From a virus, in the IMG/VR virus record IMGVR_UViG_3300032893_000012, positions 1-64,000 of that record: 64,000 bases of DNA. The stretch is one strand, 5' to 3'. Shown here one piece after another: positions 57,075 to 64,000 of the stretch (positions are counted from its first letter, which is position 1; each line of letters begins with the position of its first letter). The notes under the pieces are model-generated. The model worked only from the letters and a program-made list of their open reading frames with translations. It searched no databases and was not told the origin of the DNA. Position numbers and translations under genes: made by a program.

Positions 57075-57655
57075 GTCTGTTCCTCTTCTTGTTCGATAGT
57101 GAATCGATCGTAGAAAGACTGCGAAGGTGACGGAGGGGTTAGCGCAGCGATGGTACCGTCCGTATTCGGCGGAGGTTCGACCGTTGCGCTTTGAAGGCGA
57201 GCCAGTTCCGCTTTCGTTGTTTCGAGCTCGATCTCGAGAGCCATACGCGAGGTTAATACTTCACTGAAATACTCACGACTTGGGGCGAAGTACGGTTCCT
57301 GTGCCGGCGGACGCGCAGCGAGAGGAGCAAACTGTCGTGCGGCGTTCAATACAACGAGAGCGTTCATGCGCTGTTCGCGGTCAGGGCAACCTCGAGTGAT
57401 CAGAACAGCAGGCTTCCCTGAATCTGAAGTGTCGTAGCGATCGTTTACGCACGGTTCCGTTTCATCGTCTTTGCCGGGACAGCCGTTCACGTGCGCGCAT
57501 CGTTCAAGTATTCCGAAGGCAGCGCGCGCCGCAATCTGCCAGCCGACTTTGTTGCGCCACAGAGCGAGCTTGACGGCGTTCCAGTCGCGTACCGATATCG
57601 GTACCTTCTGATCGACTGGAGTTTCGAGCCCCTGCCTTCTTTTTTCGTTCATCAT
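57071..57655 (-). CDS. hypothetical protein
   Basis: operon packing, 194 aa. Confidence 0.6.
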   Translation of the reverse strand: MMNEKRRQGLETPVDQKVPISVRDWNAVKLALWRNKVGWQIAARAAFGILERCAHVNGCPGKDDETEPCVNDRYDTSDSGKPAVLITRGCPDREQRMNALVVLNAARQFAPLAARPPAQEPYFAPSREYFSEVLTSRMALEIELETTKAELARLQSATVEPPPNTDGTIAALTPPSPSQSFYDRFTIEQEEEQT

Positions 57656-57927
57656 CAGATCGTCGCTCCGTCTGGTTCAACGATGCGGATGTACCCGTCG
57701 CTCGGAGGGCGCTTAGCCGCTTGAACAAGGATCGAGCGCATCCACGCGCTCATGCTTAGTCCGCGTTTCTTCGCTCTTTCTTCGATCAAACGGTACTGAG
57801 CCGGCGTGAGCTTGACGCCCGCGGTCTTGGCCTTGAGCGGTAGACGTTCGGTTGGACGTTCGTTTGCCGTTCGTTTGCCTTTCGTTGACGCTTTCGTATA
57901 CTGCTCTCCGTCCGCTAGACGTGTCAA
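57655..57927 (-). CDS. ribbon-helix-helix (CopG/MobC-like) DNA-binding protein
   Basis: AGVKLTPAQYRLIEERAKKRGLSMSAWMRSILVQAA; start uncertain. Confidence 0.65.
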   Translation of the reverse strand: MTRLADGEQYTKASTKGKRTANERPTERLPLKAKTAGVKLTPAQYRLIEERAKKRGLSMSAWMRSILVQAAKRPPSDGYIRIVEPDGATI

Positions 57928-57954
57928 GACGCTAGACGTAGACTCAGCGTACGG

Positions 57955-58368
57955 ATGGCACAGTTCGGCATCGGACCTGAACTCGCGGCACAGTGCCCAC
58001 AAGCGTCGACGCCAGACGGTTGGCGTCCGTGGTCACCTGACGCAGATGGGCCAATTCCGGACGCTCTAGCTGCGCGCGCGGCTGCTCTTGTGGGCGATCA
58101 GGCGACCGCGCTCGGAGCGACAGAAAGCTATCCTCTTCCAGGGGTTACGACACTTATTCGAATCGAACCACGTGTCTGGGGACGCGATGCACAGGGCGCA
58201 CTCGTCGAGGGGTGCTTTCGAAGTGGCGGTGTCTATCTACCGTACGGAACCCCGGCAGGCGCAGCGACACCGAGCGACGACAAGCTCGCAAAAACAGTTG
58301 GAGTACTCACCGCGGTGAGCCTGGTGGTCGGAACTGCGGCAACGATTGCTACCTGGGGACGTCGATGA
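57955..58368 (+). CDS. C-terminally anchored membrane protein
   Basis: TM helix plus WGRR; begins a rightward overlapping gene run. Confidence 0.6.
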   Translation: MAQFGIGPELAAQCPQASTPDGWRPWSPDADGPIPDALAARAAALVGDQATALGATESYPLPGVTTLIRIEPRVWGRDAQGALVEGCFRSGGVYLPYGTPAGAATPSDDKLAKTVGVLTAVSLVVGTAATIATWGRR

Positions 58369-58547
58369 CCATCGAACGTAATGGTCGTACTGTTGTTGGA
58401 TTCGGAGATGAGGCTGTTTCGCTTCCGATCAAAGCGCCGCCGTCGACGTGGACCGTTGCGCTCGCGACGAGCGTCGTTGGCGCTGCGACAGGATGGGTCA
58501 TCGAGGAAATAGCGAGCAACATCCGAGGTCGAAAGAAGCGCCAATAA
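58365..58547 (+). CDS. small membrane protein
   Basis: ATGA/TAATG overlaps; TM plus RGRKKRQ. Confidence 0.55.
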   Translation: MTIERNGRTVVGFGDEAVSLPIKAPPSTWTVALATSVVGAATGWVIEEIASNIRGRKKRQ

Positions 58548-59170
58548 TGAACGAGCAGATTCGAATCAATGGCGCATCTGTCGTCGGGCTCGGGGACGCG
58601 AAAGTTGTGGCGCCTCCAAGTTCCCGTGTAGCGCAAACACTCGCGGATGCTTTTCTCGGTGCGGCAGCGGGAGCAGGGCTCGGTGGGCTTATCGGAGGGA
58701 AGACTGGCGCACTAATCGGCGTCGCGGTTGGGGGTATCGGTGTGGGAGCAGTTACGTATGCGGTGCTGGGAGAGGATACGTGGAATACATCACCTCTACC
58801 TCCAACAACGACATCTGTCTGGCGCCAGCTCACTCAACCGACTGACAGCGTGAAGGCGGGAGAGGAGATGGCCGTAGCGATCTTAGGACCCAACAGGACA
58901 CCTCTGTCGCCGGATCTGATCGCGCAGCTAGATGCTGCACTTGCATTGATTCCTAGCTACAACGTGACGGCGCTCATAGCGAAGTATCCGCCAGGAACAT
59001 CGCCGCCTGCAAACGATTGGCCCTCAGACTATGTGATACCGCCCGGAATGAGAGATGATTTCGGTCCCGGCGCGTATCGCGTGCTACTTCGTGCGCTTAT
59101 CGATTCCCCTCCGACGTTCTGGCACTCCGTACCATCAAATGTCGGGACGTTCGGAATATGGGCACGATGA
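58547..59170 (+). CDS. glycine-zipper membrane protein
   Basis: GAAAGAGLGGLIGG..GALIGVAVGGIG. Confidence 0.6.
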   Translation: MNEQIRINGASVVGLGDAKVVAPPSSRVAQTLADAFLGAAAGAGLGGLIGGKTGALIGVAVGGIGVGAVTYAVLGEDTWNTSPLPPTTTSVWRQLTQPTDSVKAGEEMAVAILGPNRTPLSPDLIAQLDAALALIPSYNVTALIAKYPPGTSPPANDWPSDYVIPPGMRDDFGPGAYRVLLRALIDSPPTFWHSVPSNVGTFGIWAR

Positions 59171-59721
59171 AGTACGGCGGTTACTCTGAAGCGGAGGCAA
59201 CGATGATCTTTCTCGGCGAAACGGCGTTCCTAGGCGCGTGTCCCGTCATTCGGCCGGAAGGGATCTATCTCGATGGGCAGCGTGTGATTAGATTTGGGCT
59301 CGGTGCCGTAGAACGCAAAAATCCGCTACCTGCAGGAAGATACTGGGTCGATGTTTTCGCAAAAGATTCAGACGCTTTTGGCGCATGGCTCAACTCAAAT
59401 AAAGCCACCGTTCAGGTACGCACAACGGAACATTTTGACTCGGATCCGGTACGTGATTGGTACCTGTTTGAAGTAAGCGTTCCGACTCCGTGGCAGGGAC
59501 CTGGTTTTCCAACTATCGCTGGGCCGCACGTAACGAGTTCGAGCGATACCGCACAACGACCCGATCCAGTACCTTCAGTCGCGACACAGGTTGAAAAAGA
59601 ACTCGCGGATCTGAAAAGCGCAACCAGAACCGCGACATGGATCGGTGCTGCGGTTCTCGTCGTGGTTGGTGGAGCTCTACTCGTCTACTACGTACCTCGC
59701 CCTGCAACGCGATCTAGATGA
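59167..59721 (+). CDS. C-terminally anchored membrane protein
   Basis: ATGA overlap; TM plus basic tail. Confidence 0.6.
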   Translation: MKYGGYSEAEATMIFLGETAFLGACPVIRPEGIYLDGQRVIRFGLGAVERKNPLPAGRYWVDVFAKDSDAFGAWLNSNKATVQVRTTEHFDSDPVRDWYLFEVSVPTPWQGPGFPTIAGPHVTSSSDTAQRPDPVPSVATQVEKELADLKSATRTATWIGAAVLVVVGGALLVYYVPRPATRSR

Positions 59722-59855
59722 CGCTTCGAGCTCGCATTCAAGAATTGGAAGAACGAGTCGAAGCGATAGCCGCAGAACTCGCTGACGTACGTCAAAATCT
59801 ACTCGAAGCCCTAGCGCGAGCAATCCACGGGCCGTCCCAACCGCCCCCGATACTC

Positions 59856-60179
59856 TCACTTCAGTCGCAAGACCCAAGCGAGAACGACGATGCCGACCAC
59901 AATCACGAAAAGAATAAACGCTGACGGGCGCGCGTTTTTCAATAGGACGCGGAGCCCAGTCGGACGAAGCGAAAACTGCGTTTCGCTCGGCAACTCATCT
60001 CGATAGCGATCGATCGCACTCTGGCTCTGCCGATCCTCTGCCTCGCCCTGCAGTGTCGCAAGTTCGTTTCCGAGTCGTCGTACACGCCCCCAGATCACGA
60101 TAACCTCGGCTTTTAGCTCATCGACTTCCCGCTCCAGGTCGAGTCGGCGCTGGCGTTCATCAGTCGGCATACCCACCAA
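59856..60179 (-). CDS. coiled-coil plus TM protein
   Basis: C-terminal FILFVIVVGIVVLAWV; overlaps the alternative ORF 59718-59924(+). Confidence 0.45.
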   Translation of the reverse strand: MVGMPTDERQRRLDLEREVDELKAEVIVIWGRVRRLGNELATLQGEAEDRQSQSAIDRYRDELPSETQFSLRPTGLRVLLKNARPSAFILFVIVVGIVVLAWVLRLK

Positions 60180-60236
60180 GGTAGCGCGAACTCACGCATT
60201 TCGCTTGACGGTACCGCAAGCGGTACTCTCGGGTTG

Positions 60237-60488
60237 TCAGCGCGGTAACTGTTGCGTCGGTACTGGTGCGGGTTCGTCACTTCCGATTGTCCCACCGATG
60301 AATGCTCCGACCACTGCGCCGGTCGCGCCGCCAACCACCATCGCGTCTTCGATATCTGCGCCACGTTGAGCCGCAGTGTATCTGACGCGCGGACGATACC
60401 GCGCTGCGTAATGCCCAGCGGCAGCGCCGGCAGCACCCCCGACTAACGCACCAAGCGCGCTCCAGAGACCAGTCTTGGCGTTGCTCAT
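60237..60488 (-). CDS. glycine-zipper small membrane protein (paralog of 45542-45766)
   Basis: GALVGGAAGAAAG...GAVVGAFIGGTIG..QQLPR. Confidence 0.6.
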   Translation of the reverse strand: MSNAKTGLWSALGALVGGAAGAAAGHYAARYRPRVRYTAAQRGADIEDAMVVGGATGAVVGAFIGGTIGSDEPAPVPTQQLPR

Positions 60489-60500
60489 GGAATTTTGCTT

Positions 60501-60899
60501 TCAGTTCGTAGCTGTCGTCTCGTACGAGACGGCGAACAACACGGTGTCCATCGTCAAAGTGTCATTACCGCGAGCCACGACGAGCCATAGTGCCTCCGCT
60601 TCCGAGGGAAGGTGCACCATGCTGTGCGCCGACTTGTGGGCGATCGTGAGTGCGCGTAACAATGCGGGCGCTTTCGAACCCATTTTCTCTCGAAACCATT
60701 TCACGTAGGCGGGGCGTGGCATCGCCTGAAAACCACTCGGGTCCTGCTCCGACACTAGAAGAACGAGATCGCTCGTCTTGAACGTATCGCGCGCAACTCG
60801 ATAGGCGCCGAGAATGTCTTCCGGCGCGAACAGTTGCGTGATCAAGCGTTTGCAGTTTTCTGCTGTATTCGGAGCGAAATCGATTCCTGTTCGACGCAT
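60501..60899 (-). CDS. hypothetical protein
   Basis: 132-aa ORF. Confidence 0.6.
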   Translation of the reverse strand: MRRTGIDFAPNTAENCKRLITQLFAPEDILGAYRVARDTFKTSDLVLLVSEQDPSGFQAMPRPAYVKWFREKMGSKAPALLRALTIAHKSAHSMVHLPSEAEALWLVVARGNDTLTMDTVLFAVSYETTATN

Positions 60900-60925
60900 C
60901 TCCTCATGCTACCATATCTTTCGCC

Positions 60926-61543
60926 ATGGTCGGAATCGCGCAACACGTTCCGCTCTTCACCAAGATGGTCGATAGGTTAGCGCCGATTTCCGCCGAGCTT
61001 GCATCGGCGTTCAAGGCAGCTGGAATAGGGGTCGTCGGACGCTACCTGGAAACGCTTACTCCGTACGAACGCGACAATCTGTTCGAGGTCGGACTCGGAA
61101 TTTTACCCCTCTCGAAGGCGCCCCCTCAACCTCTCTCGGCAGCGTTCGGGCGCGCTCGTGCTGAGGAGCTACTTCAAAAAGCGTCGTTGCTCGGCGTTCC
61201 GGCAGGCGTGCACCTCATGATCGATCTCGAGGCGCAGCAGGGGGATCACACGGATGTCGTTGGCTACGACAGCGAACTTTCAACCGAGATCGCTCGCATC
61301 GGTTACATTCCGCTCGCGTACATCGGAGCCGATCAGCGACTCTCGAGCGCAGAACTGTTCACGCTTCCAGATATCCATCTCTACTGGCGTGGTGGATCGC
61401 TCGGCATTCCGGAACCGGCATGCGGGTTCGCTATTTGGCAAATTCCACCGCTCGAACAGCAGGTATGCGGTTCGATTGTCGACATGAGTCTCACTGGAGC
61501 CGATCTACGCGGACGTCGACCGATCTTCTGGTATCCAGACTAG
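60926..61543 (+). CDS. DUF1906/GH25-like glycoside hydrolase (candidate endolysin)
   Basis: FKAAGIGVVGRYL..LT..E..GLGILP..LGVPAG..MIDLE..GY..AY..IWQ pattern. Confidence 0.7.
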   Translation: MVGIAQHVPLFTKMVDRLAPISAELASAFKAAGIGVVGRYLETLTPYERDNLFEVGLGILPLSKAPPQPLSAAFGRARAEELLQKASLLGVPAGVHLMIDLEAQQGDHTDVVGYDSELSTEIARIGYIPLAYIGADQRLSSAELFTLPDIHLYWRGGSLGIPEPACGFAIWQIPPLEQQVCGSIVDMSLTGADLRGRRPIFWYPD

Positions 61544-62091
61544 TTCCACTGTTTTCCGTTCACTGGATTCGGACACGCTCCCTCTATGCCGACGTATCCG
61601 GTCGTGTTTCCTTCGTAGCCCCAGACGTAGTTTTTTGGATCGCTCGATGGCGTCTGTACGACATGGATCGCGGTACCGCACCCAGGAGCGACATGACAGT
61701 CTCCGCTTCCTGTGGAGGCAGTGTATGACGAGCATGCCATCAACGCTTGATATATGTTGTACGTACGCAACGGTACGCAGTCGATCCAAACCTGTCCGAC
61801 ACCGTTGTCGTGTATTACGCCCGAACAGGTCTTGGCTGCTCCACCAGTTCCGGAGCCTCCGGCGCCTTCAGACACTTTCCCAGCTTCGTTTTCGCTAGAG
61901 TCGGTGGCGCCACCTGCGGCATCACTGTCGACGGTTACCGCGTCGAACGCACCATCAGCTGGGGTTAAGCCTCCGTCGTTCTGGTCGTTACTTGGACTCG
62001 CGAAACTGGGTTCGAATCCGAACGGGGATCCAGGGTCGCAGCCAGCGACTACCAGCATGCTCAAAACCAGCTTCACCTTCATGTTTTTCAT
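61540..62091 (-). CDS. Cys-rich lipoprotein
   Basis: KVKLVLSMLVVAG|C lipobox, Gly/Asp linker, six Cys in the C-terminal domain. Confidence 0.7.
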   Translation of the reverse strand: MKNMKVKLVLSMLVVAGCDPGSPFGFEPSFASPSNDQNDGGLTPADGAFDAVTVDSDAAGGATDSSENEAGKVSEGAGGSGTGGAAKTCSGVIHDNGVGQVWIDCVPLRTYNIYQALMACSSYTASTGSGDCHVAPGCGTAIHVVQTPSSDPKNYVWGYEGNTTGYVGIEGACPNPVNGKQWN

Positions 62092-62447
62092 TTGATCTCT
62101 CCGAGCACTTCCAGATCGAACGATATCGGCAGCTTCAAATCGAAGTTTTCACAACCATCGACATGCTCCGTTCGACCTTCGCAGACAGCGCACGCTGAAT
62201 ATCCAACCGGCGCGTAAGACGAAGGCTCGCGACCGAGTTTCGTGATCACACGCTGGCGCACACGAAGTTCGATGAGTGCTTCATCGGCGGCGCGTTTCGC
62301 GCACTCACGATCGGACGTTCGCATCTCGTAGGCATACGCTCCGGTATTCTTCTGCGTCGCTTCAGACAGCAACCGCGCGAATATGTCGCCCCAAAAACGA
62401 CGCTCGATATCGTCCCTGAACTCGATCTGCTTCATGACGTGACGCAT
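62088..62447 (-). CDS. hypothetical protein
   Basis: GGAGGT RBS, ATGA overlap. Confidence 0.6.
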   Translation of the reverse strand: MRHVMKQIEFRDDIERRFWGDIFARLLSEATQKNTGAYAYEMRTSDRECAKRAADEALIELRVRQRVITKLGREPSSYAPVGYSACAVCEGRTEHVDGCENFDLKLPISFDLEVLGEIK

Positions 62448-62472
62448 TCTGGATACCTCCGGCGTCGATGAC

Positions 62473-62730
62473 TTATGCCTTTTCCCGAGTCAACTTCCAG
62501 ATGCTGTACGAACCCCGATCAAACAAGCGCGCGATCTCGCGGTAGCCCATGCTCTTGGTGCCGCGTAGCCATCCGTAAACCGCTCGTCGCGCGGCGATGA
62601 CAGGACCCGTGCGGGGACCCTCGTAGATCTCCTGGAGCGAGACGCGGGTCGCCTTTGCGCGCTTCTCTAGCTCGGGGCGGAGACCGCTTGAGTCGAGTCG
62701 CTTGAGGAACTTTTTGTAGGAACGCGTCAT
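62473..62730 (-). CDS. DnaA C-terminal-like HTH protein
   Basis: RTGPVIAARRAVYGWLR...MGYREIARLFDR. Confidence 0.65.
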   Translation of the reverse strand: MTRSYKKFLKRLDSSGLRPELEKRAKATRVSLQEIYEGPRTGPVIAARRAVYGWLRGTKSMGYREIARLFDRGSYSIWKLTREKA

Positions 62731-63716
62731 CGTGTCGCACTCCTGGTCAGCGCGGAGAGGAGCGCCTCGACGACGGTCGTCATCTCTCTGACATCACCGA
62801 GATCGATCCATTCCCCCGAATCGCTCACGCGGTATGCGTGATACGAAAGTACGTCGATGCCGCACTCACCGAGCTTCCGCCGACGGCGATCGGCGACATG
62901 GTCCCACCAAGAGATCGAGACCGATCCGTCGTCGCCCGCCGTGGCGGTGCCGGCGTAGCCCGCCGTGGCGATGCCGCCGTCGCCCGCCGTGGCGGTGCCG
63001 CGTGCGCCCGCCGTGGCGGTGCCGCCGTCGCCCGCCGTGGCGGTGCCGGCGTAGCCCGCCGTGGCGGTGCCGGCGTCGCCCGCCGTGGCGGTGCCGCGTG
63101 CGCCCGCCGTGGCGGTGCCGCGTGCGCCCGCCGTGGCGGTGCCGTCGTCGCCCGCCGTGGCGGTGCCGGCGTCGCCCGCCGTGGCGGTGCCGGCGTCGCC
63201 CGCCGTGGCGGTGCCGGCGTAGCCCGCCGTGGCGGTGCCGGCGTAGCCCGCCGTGGCGGTGCCGTCGTCGCCCGCCGTGGCGGTGCCGGCGTAGCCCGCC
63301 GTGGCGGTGCCGAACACGCATGCCACGGATGGGTAAGCCCCCTGGATCAGGGCAATCGCACCGGCGCGGTCGCCCGCGAACACCACGAAGCCGCGCGGCG
63401 CCTTCGACTTGCCGCCCCCATCTTCGGTGATCGGTACTACCTCGCTGGCAACGGCGGCCCAGACGAGCCATTTCGCATCGTCATATTTAGAGAGAAGATT
63501 CGCCTTCCCTTCGCCGCGAGGTAGGCCGTGCAGGCCATAGCCGCAGCAGTCTCGCGACGACCAGTCTGGCGCGGAAACAAGCCCGCGTTCGGGCCATGTG
63601 AAGTCGCCGTACGAGCGCATTGCAGCGGAACAAGTGCGTAGAAGGAGGAGTAGGTCATCCGGCGCGCACCTGAGTGCCGCAGCAGCTTCGTGGCGGATTG
63701 ATTTCAGGTCGATCAT
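62727..63716 (-). CDS. phage protein with GTATAGxx octapeptide repeats
   Basis: APDW..CGYGLHG N-terminal domain plus 16 octapeptides; probable start MIDLKS at 63716. Confidence 0.8.
   Translation of the reverse strand: MIDLKSIRHEAAAALRCAPDDLLLLLRTCSAAMRSYGDFTWPERGLVSAPDWSSRDCCGYGLHGLPRGEGKANLLSKYDDAKWLVWAAVASEVVPITEDGGGKSKAPRGFVVFAGDRAGAIALIQGAYPSVACVFGTATAGYAGTATAGDDGTATAGYAGTATAGYAGTATAGDAGTATAGDAGTATAGDDGTATAGARGTATAGARGTATAGDAGTATAGYAGTATAGDGGTATAGARGTATAGDGGIATAGYAGTATAGDDGSVSISWWDHVADRRRRKLGECGIDVLSYHAYRVSDSGEWIDLGDVREMTTVVEALLSALTRSATR
62928..63311 (-). repeat. 16 x 24-bp tandem repeat
   Basis: GGCACCGCCACGGCGGGC-N6 units counted directly. Confidence 0.95.
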
Positions 63717-64000
63717 TACTAACTGTTCACCTTCCGTACAACATCTACGCCACCCGCGCAAGTTTCCTTCCCCACAAAGCCAGCGAGCCCCCTTTTGGAG
63801 GCTCTTTCAAGACGGACTGGATACCGCTGGTATATCCGGTAATTAGCAGGGCTGGCACGACGATATTGACTGCTGCCGCGCAAATGGCAACGGGAAAAAA
63901 TACCCGACGCCTTGACGATCCCCGGATCTCTGCGGGACACTCCTCGTACAAGATGAGCCTTCCCCCGCGACGCCGAGTCGTTGCGGCTTCCGTCCGGCGG

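Noticed and set aside
62834-63524. Arg/Pro/Trp-repeat and RRGGA-repeat ORFs, or a second CRISPR array
   Set aside because: Alternate frames of the 24-bp coding tandem repeat; the variable part is only 6 nt in codon phase, so these are not spacers.

Overview
The window looks like one GC-rich virus or prophage genome segment; no host housekeeping operons are visible. In order: (1) a complete tmRNA gene (134-485). (2) A leftward block of small genes plus an SF2 helicase and a Dda/RecD-like helicase, headed by a ribbon-helix-helix regulator and overlapping divergent promoters at about 11.5 kb. (3) A rightward replication/recombination block: DnaQ-like exonuclease, an apparently circularly permuted PD-(D/E)xK nuclease, HNH endonuclease, ParB-like protein, Sak4-like ATPase, SSB-like protein, UvrD helicase and ThyX. 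(4) Between thyX and a Dam-family methylase, a compact type V CRISPR locus with no cas1/cas2: a 551-aa TnpB-derived, Cas12m-like effector that keeps a D-E-D RuvC triad, followed by about 39 repeat units. The repeats are highly diverged yet co-vary to preserve an H-type pseudoknot, and spacers range from about 14 to 58 nt. (5) A tyrosine recombinase cassette. (6) A long leftward, virion-like module with no recognisable terminase, portal or tail genes. It holds many membrane-anchored proteins, LysM/PG-binding proteins, an 1814-aa collagen-like fibre, a protamine-like Arg-rich protein, a dual-specificity phosphatase, an intein-interrupted transglutaminase-like protease, a GroES-like protein and a RadC/JAB protein, which suggests a non-tailed membrane-containing virus. 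(7) A candidate endolysin, a lipoprotein and an octapeptide-repeat protein at the right end. The CRISPR locus is the best candidate for an undescribed system. All family assignments come from reading motifs by eye; no searches were run.
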